From: an uncultured Lachnospiraceae bacterium
GTDB lineage: Bacteria > Bacillota > Clostridia > Lachnospirales > Lachnospiraceae
DNA length: 36,432 nucleotides
Direction of reading: 5' to 3'
Assembly: GCA_947175845.1 (NCBI GenBank)
Contig: CAMWOK010000001.1
Location: forward strand, 1-36,432
Part shown: positions 18,778-27,766 of the stretch, one piece after another
How the letters are laid out: every line of letters begins with the position of its first letter
How positions within the stretch are numbered: the first letter of the stretch is position 1
The notes under the pieces: generated by a model
The model's database searches: none
Told to the model about the DNA's origin: nothing
What the model saw: the letters and a program-made list of their open reading frames with translations, nothing else
Program-made: the position numbers and the translations under genes

Positions 18778-19797
18778 ATGGATTTGAGCGTAATCATATC
18801 TGCCTGCAATATGCAGCGTCACGTTGCGGCGTGTCTTAGAAGTGTCACCAGATGTCCGCGCGACACGATCCATATGGAGTGTATCGTGGTGAGCGAGGAT
18901 GACAGGAACGAGACAGCGGCGATTGTAAACAGATATATCGAGCGGGACAGCCGGATCAGACTCGTCACAGTCAGAAGCGGTGCGGCGGTGGAGGTGCGGA
19001 ACGAGGGGATTGAGGCGGCACAGGGAACCTACATACTGTTTCTCGATGCGGACAGCAGGCTGTGCGAGGATGCGTGGGAGCAGATAGAAGCCGCGGTGGA
19101 GGAAGAGTACGCTGATTTTGTTGCCTTTAGCTCAATCACGGCGCGCAGAAGCGGAAAGCTCGTGGCGCAGATGCTCCCGATAGCAGATGTGGTGTCGAAT
19201 GATCCGGATGAGGCGAGGCGGCTGATGCACACAGGGTCTGCGCTGCGGACCTGTGAGGGGAAGCTGTTCAAGGGCAGGATCATCCGGGACAACAACATCC
19301 TGTTTCGGACAGAGCTTTCGACCGGCGGTGATTTTATGTTTGTGGCGGAGTATTTTGAGCACAGCGAGAGCTATCTGCTCACGAAGGCGATGATTCTGTA
19401 CTGTCCGCGTCGGGATGCAAATATCTGGAAGAATTACAGTATGGAGGAAAGTATTGCACGCATCGGCGCTGTGTACGATTTTCACACAGATGTGGTGGGA
19501 CGCTATCATGACAGTGCACTGACAGCGTGCGTGCGGGTGTATTATCTGGACATGCTGATGACGCTTTTGGGTACATATGAGAGGGCGTACAGCTACAGCA
19601 GGGCAGCGCTGGAGACACTCTATGAAAATGCGCTCAGAGACAAGTTTGTGAAGCGGCTTTTGTGTGAGGTGGACGAGCGCATGATTCGATCTGGGATGTT
19701 AAAGTATGAATATCGTCTGCTCCGGCAGGGCAGCCCGGCGAAACTGCGAAAGTATTTTGCCATCAGGGCGCTGCTTCCTGTGGCAGACAGAATATAG
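18778..19797 (+). CDS. Glycosyltransferase family 2-like protein with degenerate motifs
   Basis: LSVII...ECIVV...DSRIR...RNEGIEAAQGTYILFLDAD follows the GT2 N-terminal pattern, but the PxYN and DDGS motifs are altered. Confidence 0.8.
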   Translation: MDLSVIISACNMQRHVAACLRSVTRCPRDTIHMECIVVSEDDRNETAAIVNRYIERDSRIRLVTVRSGAAVEVRNEGIEAAQGTYILFLDADSRLCEDAWEQIEAAVEEEYADFVAFSSITARRSGKLVAQMLPIADVVSNDPDEARRLMHTGSALRTCEGKLFKGRIIRDNNILFRTELSTGGDFMFVAEYFEHSESYLLTKAMILYCPRRDANIWKNYSMEESIARIGAVYDFHTDVVGRYHDSALTACVRVYYLDMLMTLLGTYERAYSYSRAALETLYENALRDKFVKRLLCEVDERMIRSGMLKYEYRLLRQGSPAKLRKYFAIRALLPVADRI

Positions 19798-19819
19798 CGA
19801 GGCGGTACAGGGGACTATT

Positions 19820-20881
19820 ATGGCAAAACGAAAAATAATACAGGTTGTGAGGCGGAGTGCTGCCGTTTTGGGGATGGCCCTGCTGGTGGGGGGCTGCACA
19901 CAGAAGGTGGAGAACACCAATCTCCTTGAGGGAATGAATCTGGTGGAGCAGTACGACTTTCAGGGGGCGCTCGCAAGTTTTGATGCAGCGCTGCTGAACA
20001 AGGAGGATGCAGAGCTTTGTTACAGGGGGCAGGGGATTGCCTATATGGGGCTTGGAAATTACGCGGACGCGGAGACCGCGTTTCTCAAATCGATCGAGAA
20101 TGCGCAGAGCACGCCCACGCAGCTTCTGTATGACACCAACTATTATCTTGCATCGGTTTACATGAAGCAGGGAAGGTACGCGGATGCGGAGAAGATCTAC
20201 TCGGCGATTATTGCGCTCAAAAAAAAGGACAAGGACGCGTATTATCTGCGCGCGTGCGCGCGGCTGTACCAGAACCGCTACGATGAGGCGGTCGCGGACT
20301 TTGAGAGTGCGTTTAAGCTTGATTCCGATGACATCGGACTGGTGACAGACGCCTACGTGGAGATGCAGGCGGCGGGTTTTGGCGAGCAGGGAAAGACCTA
20401 TATCCGGGAGTTTATGGAAAAAAACCAGAAAGCGCTCGACGACGGTGAGAAGGGCGTGATCTACTACTATCTCGAGGACTATGAGACTGCGCGCAGGCTT
20501 CTCGATCCCTTTGTGAACGGCAAGGATGTCAAGCTCTGTATCATTTTGGGGCAGACCTATGAAAAGCTGGATATCATGGACTATGCCGCTGTTGTGTATG
20601 AGACCTATCTCAGCGGAAATGAGCCGAATGCGGCGGTCTACAACAGCCTTGGGATCTGTCTGATGCATCAGGAAAAGTATACCCAGGCACTGGACAAGTT
20701 TGAGAGCGGTATCGCCATGGGCGATTCGGATTATCTGCAGGAGCTGATGTACAACAGGATTGTCGCCAACGAGTACATCGGAAATTTTGCACAGGCAAAG
20801 ACGCAGATGGAGGAGTATCTGCAGATTTATCCAGATGACGAAAAGGCAAAAAAAGAAAATGAATTCCTGAAAACACGCTGA
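19820..20881 (+). CDS. TPR-repeat lipoprotein
   Basis: Basic N-terminus plus hydrophobic stretch ending LLVGGC (lipobox-like); repeated TPR helices (YRGQGIAYMGLGNYADA, YYLASVYMKQGRYADA, YNSLGICLMHQEKYTQA). Confidence 0.85.
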   Translation: MAKRKIIQVVRRSAAVLGMALLVGGCTQKVENTNLLEGMNLVEQYDFQGALASFDAALLNKEDAELCYRGQGIAYMGLGNYADAETAFLKSIENAQSTPTQLLYDTNYYLASVYMKQGRYADAEKIYSAIIALKKKDKDAYYLRACARLYQNRYDEAVADFESAFKLDSDDIGLVTDAYVEMQAAGFGEQGKTYIREFMEKNQKALDDGEKGVIYYYLEDYETARRLLDPFVNGKDVKLCIILGQTYEKLDIMDYAAVVYETYLSGNEPNAAVYNSLGICLMHQEKYTQALDKFESGIAMGDSDYLQELMYNRIVANEYIGNFAQAKTQMEEYLQIYPDDEKAKKENEFLKTR

Positions 20882-20909
20882 CGCGCTTTATGACACAGAA
20901 GTCATAAAA

Positions 20910-20956
20910 ACACTAGATATTGTATTTTGCGTTTGGGAACACTTGCTATTTAGTAG
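20910..20956. promoter_or_regulatory. Tandem NrdR boxes upstream of nrdD
   Basis: ACACTAGATATTGTAT (20910-20925) matches the acaCwAtATaTwGtgt consensus at 14/16. A degenerate second box (9/16) starts 31 bp later at 20941, the usual NrdR spacing. Confidence 0.7.
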
Positions 20957-20963
20957 TGTTCGA

Positions 20964-20992
20964 TTGACTTCGCATTTTTGATCTGATAAGAT
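20964..20992 (+). promoter_or_regulatory. sigma-A promoter of nrdD
   Basis: TTGACT, 17 nt, TAAGAT with an extended -10 TG (20984-20985). Confidence 0.75.
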
Positions 20993-21026
20993 TAATAAAA
21001 ATGAATCAAGTGAAGGAGTATGCGAA

Positions 21027-23429
21027 ATGTTTCAGGTTATCAAGAGGGATGGCAGTGTGTCCGAGTTTTGTCTGGACAAGATCAGCGGTGCGATCGTCAA
21101 GGCATTTAACGCGACACAGATGCAGTTTAATCAGGATATCATCGACTTGCTTGCACTGCGCGTGACAGCCGACATCCAGGAAAAAATAAAAGAGGGAAAT
21201 GTTCATGTGGAGGATATCCAGGACAGCGCGGAGAAGGTGCTCGAGCAGGCAGGCTACACGGATACGGCCAAGGCGTTCATTCTCTACAGAAAGCAGCGCG
21301 AGAAAATGCGCAACATGAAGTCCACCATTCTCGACTACAAGGAGGTCGTGGACAGCTATGTGAAGGTGGAGGACTGGCGCGTGAAGGAGAACTCCACGGT
21401 CACGTACTCTGTCGGCGGACTGATTCTCTCCAATTCCGGGGCGGTCACGGCGAACTACTGGCTCTCCGAGATCTATGACGAGGAGATTGCGAACGCGCAC
21501 AGAAATGCGGATATCCATATCCATGACCTGTCCATGCTGACGGGCTACTGTGCAGGCTGGTCCCTGAAACAGCTGATCGAGGAAGGTCTTGGCGGCATCA
21601 CGGGAAAGATCACCTCCGCGCCGGCAAGACATCTGTCCGTGCTCTGTAACCAGATGGTTAATTTTCTCGGCATCATGCAGAATGAATGGGCGGGAGCACA
21701 GGCATTCTCCTCCTTTGACACATACTTGGCCCCGTTTGTGAAGGCGGACAATCTTTCCTATCCGGAAGTCAAGAAATGCATTGAGGCGTTTATCTACGGC
21801 GTCAACACACCGAGCCGCTGGGGGACACAGGCGCCGTTCAGCAACATCACACTGGACTGGACCGTTCCGGGCGACCTTGCGAACCTTCCTGCGATCGTGG
21901 GCGGCGTGGAGATGGACTTCACCTACGGCGACTGCAAGGCGGAGATGGATATGGTCAACAAGGCGTTTATCGAGACGATGATCGAGGGGGATGCCAACGG
22001 GAGAGGCTTCCAGTATCCGATCCCAACCTATTCCATAACACGCGATTTTGACTGGTCTGACACGGAAAACAACCGACTGTTATTTGAGATGACGGCAAAG
22101 TACGGAACCCCGTATTTCTCCAATTATATCAACTCTGACATGGAGCCGTCCGACGTCCGCAGCATGTGCTGCAGGCTGCGCCTTGACCTGCGGGAGCTTC
22201 GCAAAAAAACGGGTGGTTTCTTTGGGTCGGGCGAGAGCACGGGCAGTGTGGGCGTCGTCACGATCAACCTTCCGCGCATCGCCTATCTGGCGTCGGACGA
22301 GGCAGATTTTTACAGGCGTCTCGACCGCCTGATGGACATCAGTGCACGCTCCCTCAAGATAAAGCGCAATGTGATCTCAAGACTTTTGGACGAGGGCCTG
22401 TATCCCTACACAAAGCGCTACCTTGGCAGGTTTGACAGCCATTTCTCCACGATCGGACTGATCGGAATGAACGAGGCGGGACTCAATGCGAAGTGGCTCA
22501 GGGCGGATCTCTCCCACAGCGAGGCGCAGCAGTTTGCTAAGGATGTGCTAAACCACATGAGAGAGCGCCTGTCTGATTACCAGGAGCAGTACGGCGATCT
22601 GTACAATCTCGAGGCGACGCCGGCGGAGAGCACGACCTACAGACTCGCAAAACACGACAGGGAGAAGTGGAGCGACATCATCACGGCGGGGCACGCGGGC
22701 GACAGGCCCTACTACACGAACTCCTCGCATCTGCCGGTCGACTACACGACAGATATCTTTGACGCGCTCGACATTCAGGATGAGCTCCAGACGCTCTACA
22801 CTTCCGGGACAGTGTTCCACGCCTTTCTGGGCGAGAAGCTCCCCGACTGGAAGGCCGCGGCAGATCTGGTGCGCACGATCGCCGAGAACTACAGACTGCC
22901 CTATTACACCATGTCACCGACCTATTCCATCTGCAGGGAGCACGGGTATCTTGCAGGGGAGCAGAAGGTGTGTCCGAAATGTGGTAAGACGACGGAGATA
23001 TACAGCCGCATCACGGGGTACTACAGACCGGTGCAGAACTGGAATGACGGGAAACTGCAGGAGTATCAGAACCGCACGGAGTACAGGATGGGAAACAGCG
23101 TCCGGGTTGTCGACAACATCAACAGGATTGATGACGGCGGCAGCCGTAAGGCTGACGATGTGCGGCAGGAGGCTCAGTCCGCACCATGCGCGGGAAAAAG
23201 TGACACATACCTGTTCACGACGAAGACCTGTCCGAACTGCAGCCTGGCAAAAGAGTACCTGCAGAATGTGGACTACATGGTTGTCGATGCCGAGGAGAAT
23301 ATGGAGCTTGCCGTCAAATACGGCGTCAGGCAGGCGCCGACGCTTGTAATTGTAGCTGGACAATCACAGCAGAAGTATGTTAATGTATCTAATATAAGAA
23401 AGTATGCAGAACTGCTGCGGGCGCAGTGA
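21027..23429 (+). CDS. nrdD: Anaerobic (class III) ribonucleoside-triphosphate reductase with N-terminal ATP cone and C-terminal glutaredoxin-like domain
   Basis: ATP cone (VIKRDG...VEDIQDSAEKVL), HIHDL, YCAG, SMCCRL, YNLEATPAE, Zn site CxxH...CxxC, glycyl-radical motif SRITGYYRP, and tail LFTTKTCPNC...VRQAPTL. Confidence 0.95.
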   Translation: MFQVIKRDGSVSEFCLDKISGAIVKAFNATQMQFNQDIIDLLALRVTADIQEKIKEGNVHVEDIQDSAEKVLEQAGYTDTAKAFILYRKQREKMRNMKSTILDYKEVVDSYVKVEDWRVKENSTVTYSVGGLILSNSGAVTANYWLSEIYDEEIANAHRNADIHIHDLSMLTGYCAGWSLKQLIEEGLGGITGKITSAPARHLSVLCNQMVNFLGIMQNEWAGAQAFSSFDTYLAPFVKADNLSYPEVKKCIEAFIYGVNTPSRWGTQAPFSNITLDWTVPGDLANLPAIVGGVEMDFTYGDCKAEMDMVNKAFIETMIEGDANGRGFQYPIPTYSITRDFDWSDTENNRLLFEMTAKYGTPYFSNYINSDMEPSDVRSMCCRLRLDLRELRKKTGGFFGSGESTGSVGVVTINLPRIAYLASDEADFYRRLDRLMDISARSLKIKRNVISRLLDEGLYPYTKRYLGRFDSHFSTIGLIGMNEAGLNAKWLRADLSHSEAQQFAKDVLNHMRERLSDYQEQYGDLYNLEATPAESTTYRLAKHDREKWSDIITAGHAGDRPYYTNSSHLPVDYTTDIFDALDIQDELQTLYTSGTVFHAFLGEKLPDWKAAADLVRTIAENYRLPYYTMSPTYSICREHGYLAGEQKVCPKCGKTTEIYSRITGYYRPVQNWNDGKLQEYQNRTEYRMGNSVRVVDNINRIDDGGSRKADDVRQEAQSAPCAGKSDTYLFTTKTCPNCSLAKEYLQNVDYMVVDAEENMELAVKYGVRQAPTLVIVAGQSQQKYVNVSNIRKYAELLRAQ

Positions 23430-23458
23430 CAGTGCGAAGAAAAACATGGAGGGAACAC

Positions 23459-24442
23459 ATGATTGACAAACTGATAGAAAAGATCCAGAAAACCGGGGCG
23501 CCTATCGTGGTGGGGCTCGACCCTACACTGAAGTTCGTGCCGGATCATATTAAGGAGGCGGCGTTTGCGGAGAAAGGCGAGACGCTGGAGGGCGCAGCGG
23601 AGGCGATCTGGCGTTTTAACAAGGCGATTGTCGACAGCACCTGTGATCTGATTCCGGCTGTCAAGCCGCAGATTGCCATGTATGAGCAGTTTGGGATACC
23701 GGGACTTGCCGCGTTCAGGCAGACGGTCGACTACTGTAAGGAAAAAGGGCTGGTGGTGATCGGCGATGTCAAGAGAGGCGACATCGGATCGACATCTGCT
23801 GCGTATGCGGCGGCCCATCTCGGAAAGGTGCAGGTAGGCAGCAGCCTCTGCGCGGGATTTGACGAGGATTTTGCGACGGTCAATCCATATCTTGGTTCGG
23901 ATGGCATCCAGCCGTTTATCGATGTCTGCAAGGAGGAGAAGAAAGGCATTTTTATCCTGGTCAAGACCTCCAATCCGAGCAGCGGCGAATTTCAGGACAG
24001 GCTTGTGCAGTCTGGCGTCACCGCCGGAGCGCCTGACGGGGGCGGTGTCACATTTTCCGACAGGCCGCTTTACGAGGTGGTCGGCGAGAAGGTTGCCGAG
24101 TGGAGCGCGCAGCTCATGGGACAGAAGGGTTACAGTTATGTCGGTGCAGTCGTGGGGGCCACTTATCCGGAACAGGGCAGAATCCTGCGCAGTGTGATGC
24201 CAAAATCGTTCATTTTGGTTCCCGGCTACGGCGCACAGGGCGCCTCAGGTAAAGACCTGATACACTTTTTCGACGAAAACCGTCTGGGTGCGATCGTCAA
24301 TTCTTCCCGGGGAATCATCGCGGCTTATCAGAGCGGCAAGTACAGTCAGTTTGGCGCAGAGAATTTTGCGGATGCTTCGAGGCAGGCAGTGGTCGATATG
24401 ATCGCGGATATCGATCAGGCATTTGCAGGTGTTGGAAGATAG
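23459..24442 (+). CDS. pyrF: Orotidine-5'-phosphate decarboxylase (long subfamily)
   Basis: VVGLDP, AVKPQ, DVKRGDIGST, VNPYLG, KTSNP, GAVVGAT, LVPGYGAQG, NSSRGI; ATG 23459 after GGAGG. Confidence 0.95.
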   Translation: MIDKLIEKIQKTGAPIVVGLDPTLKFVPDHIKEAAFAEKGETLEGAAEAIWRFNKAIVDSTCDLIPAVKPQIAMYEQFGIPGLAAFRQTVDYCKEKGLVVIGDVKRGDIGSTSAAYAAAHLGKVQVGSSLCAGFDEDFATVNPYLGSDGIQPFIDVCKEEKKGIFILVKTSNPSSGEFQDRLVQSGVTAGAPDGGGVTFSDRPLYEVVGEKVAEWSAQLMGQKGYSYVGAVVGATYPEQGRILRSVMPKSFILVPGYGAQGASGKDLIHFFDENRLGAIVNSSRGIIAAYQSGKYSQFGAENFADASRQAVVDMIADIDQAFAGVGR

Positions 24443-24473
24443 CAGGAACCAGAATACGGAGGCAAAGGGGAAT

Positions 24474-25148
24474 ATGGAACAATACAAGAGAGAATTTATT
24501 GAGTTTATGGTTGACAGCAACGTGTTGAAATTCGGTGATTTTACGCTCAAGAGCGGAAGAAAATCTCCGTTTTTCATGAATGCGGGAGCCTATGTTACAG
24601 GCTCGCAGCTCAGAAAGCTCGGCGGCTATTACGCGAAGGCGATCTATGACAACTACGGTGCAGATTTCGATGTGCTCTTTGGACCGGCGTACAAGGGGAT
24701 TCCGCTCTCGGTGGCGACCGCCATGGCGTTCAGCGAGCTGTACGGAAAGGATGTCAGGTACTGTTCAAACCGCAAGGAGGTGAAGGACCACGGAGATGTG
24801 GGGATCCTTCTCGGAAGCGATCTGAATGACGGCGACCGGGTAGTCCTCATCGAGGATGTCACAACCTCCGGAAAATCGATAGAGGAGACATTCCCGATCT
24901 TAAAGGCGCAGGCAAACGTGGACGTCGTGGGGCTGATGGTGAGCTTAAACCGCCAGGAGCGCGGCAAAACACACGAGAACGCGCTCGCAGAGATCCGCGG
25001 TGTGTACGGTATTGAGACAGGCGCGATCGTCACGATGGAAGAGGTTGTGGAGTACTTATACAACAGGACATACAACGGCAGAGTGCTCATCGACGATGAG
25101 ATGAAGAAAGCAATAGACGCGTACTATGCACAGTACGGGGCGAAATAG
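24474..25148 (+). CDS. pyrE: Orotate phosphoribosyltransferase
   Basis: FGDFTLKSGRKSPFF, FGPAYKGI, NRKEVKDHG, PRPP motif VVLIEDVTTSG. Confidence 0.96.
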   Translation: MEQYKREFIEFMVDSNVLKFGDFTLKSGRKSPFFMNAGAYVTGSQLRKLGGYYAKAIYDNYGADFDVLFGPAYKGIPLSVATAMAFSELYGKDVRYCSNRKEVKDHGDVGILLGSDLNDGDRVVLIEDVTTSGKSIEETFPILKAQANVDVVGLMVSLNRQERGKTHENALAEIRGVYGIETGAIVTMEEVVEYLYNRTYNGRVLIDDEMKKAIDAYYAQYGAK

Positions 25149-25172
25149 GAAAGAATGGAGGACTGGGATCGG

Positions 25173-25325
25173 ATGGACGAGCGGGTATATAAAGCGATGG
25201 GACGTGCGGGGACACTCTCAATCATACTGGGTGTGGTATCGATTGTCGTGGGGCTGACGAGCGGCGTGATGCTTTTGATCAGCGGCGGCAGACTTCTGGC
25301 AGGTAAATCAAAGATCTTATTTTAG
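25173..25325 (+). CDS. Small membrane protein (50 aa; alternative in-frame start at 25155), below the ORF-track cutoff
   Basis: MDERVYKAMGRAGTLSIILGVVSIVVGLTSGVMLLISGGRLLAGKSKILF*. GGAGG at 25157-25161; fills the gap in a co-directional gene run. Confidence 0.75.
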   Translation: MDERVYKAMGRAGTLSIILGVVSIVVGLTSGVMLLISGGRLLAGKSKILF

Positions 25326-25326
25326 C

Positions 25327-25362
25327 GCGGAATGGGCATTTCCTGTGAAATGCCCATTCCGC
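25327..25362. repeat. Perfect 16-bp intergenic stem-loop without a U tract
   Basis: GCGGAATGGGCATTTC-ctgt-GAAATGCCCATTCCGC. Confidence 0.85.
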
Positions 25363-25381
25363 ATGTACATGAGGAGTGAAA

Positions 25382-25708
25382 ATGTTTCGTATTTTTGGCA
25401 GGGAAGGGTATATTTTTACAGATAAGAAAAACCCTAAGCGGGGTATTATGTCAACGATACTCGGACTGATCGCGGGCGTGTCGATCTGTCTGGCAGTCCA
25501 CAAGGCATATCAAAACAGCGGGACTGCGCTCATGCAGTATGGGGCAGTGGTGCTTTTGTCCATGGCATATGCGCTGGTGGGACTGATCTTGGGGATACGC
25601 TCACTGTTGGAGAAGGATATTTTTCGTTTTTTTCCAATTGCCGGGGTGCTGTTGAATGTTCTTTCGATGGCGGCGAGCGGCGCTATACTATATTTGGGAG
25701 TGGTTTGA
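25382..25708 (+). CDS. Small 3-TM membrane protein (DUF6142-like)
   Basis: YIFTDKKNPKRGIMSTILG followed by three hydrophobic segments; GAGGAG RBS. The family name is from recollection only. Confidence 0.7.
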   Translation: MFRIFGREGYIFTDKKNPKRGIMSTILGLIAGVSICLAVHKAYQNSGTALMQYGAVVLLSMAYALVGLILGIRSLLEKDIFRFFPIAGVLLNVLSMAASGAILYLGVV

Positions 25709-25709
25709 G

Positions 25710-27761
25710 ATGGATATGGATATCATAAGGGAAAGATATGCACTCTCCTGCGGACGGGTCAGGGAGATCGCGGTGGAGCAGGAGGTGCCGGAGGAATACA
25801 GGGATTATTTCAAAAAGGCTGCGGAATTTATCCTGATGGCGGCAGAGGCTTGTGACAGCAGAGAAAAAGACAGGGATCTGGATCAGCTGCGGGCAGAGAA
25901 CCAGGCGCTGTACGGGGATATTCTGGGGGAGCGCTACAATGTCAGCTACGCAAACCCGGTGTTTGCCTGCGAGAGATTTGGCGTTGACACAGGCAGGCTC
26001 CTGTCCTTTCTGTACACGGAAATCAGGGCGATGATACCGTATGCCTTTGAGCAGGAGCTTGAGGACATGGTCATTCGCATGGAGCTTTTTGTGGAGATCT
26101 ACAGCGCGTTTGCCTGTGCCCTGTCGGAGGGGGGAACGCCTGACATGGATGGAGTCAGGGACACGTGCTACTGGTTTGTGAGCGACTACTCTGAGACTGC
26201 ATCAGCCAGAAGAGTGCGCAGTATGGTGGACGCGGAGTGTGACTTTGCAGTGCGGATTGTGACAGAGAGCGATCTGAATGATATGAGATACCTGTATCGG
26301 TATGGAGAGTATGTCTCTCCGGATGTGGAACGGATGGCGCAGTATCTCAATTCCCTGCCAAAGGAGCGCATTCAGCTGATGGCGGACACGTACACGGAGG
26401 GTTATCGCATCGGTTTTGTCAAGGCGCATGTGGATCTCGGTAAAAAGGAGACGGTGGGGATTCATTATATGCTTGGTTTTGAGCGTGTGGTGCGGGCGGC
26501 GATTCAAAATTTTGCAGAGATGGGATTGAAGCCGACCATATATCGGTGTGAAAATACAATATTCAGCAAGTCCGTGGTGCGCAAAAACGGATATTTCGGC
26601 GCGGATGCAAACCGGCAGTACCTGTATGACCACAAGGATGACATCGCACTTTTTCTCGACAAAAAGCTGGTGAACAGAAAGCTTGAAGTGCTGCGGATCG
26701 CGTATGAGGATGTGAAGGACAAGGCTGCGGTGTACGCGGGGCCGGCAGTCATCGAAGTGTTCGGCGAGCCTCCGTTTGCGCCAAAGTCCAGGGATGAGGC
26801 GTGCAGTCTGAGCACAGAACAGCAGAAGCTCTCGGCGGAGCTGAAAGGTGCATCGCAGGATATCGCCTGCAGATACATCAACGAGGAGGAGAGGAGTTTT
26901 ACAATCATCGCGTTTCCAGTGCCGGGCATCGGGGAACACTTTGTGGAGATTTTTGATGAGACGATCAAGCTGAACACGCTGGATTACAAGACCTATGAGC
27001 GCATACAGGCCGTGATCGTCGATGCGCTCAACAGGGCGGCGTATGTGGAGATCAAGGGAATGAACGGCAACAGAACGGATCTGCGCGTGTCGCTTTGCCC
27101 GGTCTCGGACCCGAAGAAGGAGGCCATTTTCGAGAACTGTGTCGCGGATGTCAACATCCCTGTCGGGGAGGTGTTTACCACGCCGGTTCTTGCGGGGACG
27201 AACGGAACGCTCCATGTCAGCCGCGTGTTCTTAAATGAGCTTGAGTATCAGAACCTGGAGATGGAGTTTCGCGATGGGATGATCGCGGACTACAGCTGTA
27301 CCAACTTTGACAGCGCGGAAAAAAACAGGGCGTACATCAAAGAAAATGTGCTCTTTCACCATGAGTCGCTGCCCATGGGAGAGTTTGCGATCGGAACCAA
27401 CACAACAGCGTATATGACAGCGAAAAAGTACGGTATTGCAAGTCTGTTTCCGATTCTGATTGCGGAGAAGACAGGCCCGCACTTTGCGGTCGGTGACACA
27501 TGTTATTCAAGGAGCGAGGAAGTCAGGGTGTTCAATGAGGACGGGCGGGAAGTCGTGGCGAAGGATAACGCCATCTCGATTTTGAGAAAGACAGATCCCT
27601 CAAAGGCGTACTTTGCCTGCCATACGGACATCACCATGCCGTTTGACGAGCTGGGCTCCATCATCGCGTACAGCGCGGAGGGAACCGCGTATCCCATCAT
27701 TGAGAGGGGCCGGTTTGTGCTGGCGGGCACAGAGGCGCTCAACGAGCCGCTTGCGCTTTGA
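25710..27761 (+). CDS. M29-family (aminopeptidase T-like) metallopeptidase with long N-terminal extension
   Basis: NIPVGEVFTTP, GEFAIGTN, EKTGPHFAVG and HTD metal-ligand motifs in the C-terminal half. Confidence 0.85.
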   Translation: MDMDIIRERYALSCGRVREIAVEQEVPEEYRDYFKKAAEFILMAAEACDSREKDRDLDQLRAENQALYGDILGERYNVSYANPVFACERFGVDTGRLLSFLYTEIRAMIPYAFEQELEDMVIRMELFVEIYSAFACALSEGGTPDMDGVRDTCYWFVSDYSETASARRVRSMVDAECDFAVRIVTESDLNDMRYLYRYGEYVSPDVERMAQYLNSLPKERIQLMADTYTEGYRIGFVKAHVDLGKKETVGIHYMLGFERVVRAAIQNFAEMGLKPTIYRCENTIFSKSVVRKNGYFGADANRQYLYDHKDDIALFLDKKLVNRKLEVLRIAYEDVKDKAAVYAGPAVIEVFGEPPFAPKSRDEACSLSTEQQKLSAELKGASQDIACRYINEEERSFTIIAFPVPGIGEHFVEIFDETIKLNTLDYKTYERIQAVIVDALNRAAYVEIKGMNGNRTDLRVSLCPVSDPKKEAIFENCVADVNIPVGEVFTTPVLAGTNGTLHVSRVFLNELEYQNLEMEFRDGMIADYSCTNFDSAEKNRAYIKENVLFHHESLPMGEFAIGTNTTAYMTAKKYGIASLFPILIAEKTGPHFAVGDTCYSRSEEVRVFNEDGREVVAKDNAISILRKTDPSKAYFACHTDITMPFDELGSIIAYSAEGTAYPIIERGRFVLAGTEALNEPLAL

Positions 27762-27766
27762 GGAAG

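Noticed and set aside
20887-20908. TTTATGAC-6nt-GTCATAAA inverted repeat as a terminator for the TPR gene
   Set aside because: A weak AT-rich stem with no downstream T tract on the plus strand; no function can be supported.
25146-25175. pyrE TAG is in frame with the downstream microprotein (possible readthrough fusion)
   Set aside because: A one-in-three chance event; the small ORF has its own GGAGG RBS and PyrE is already full length.
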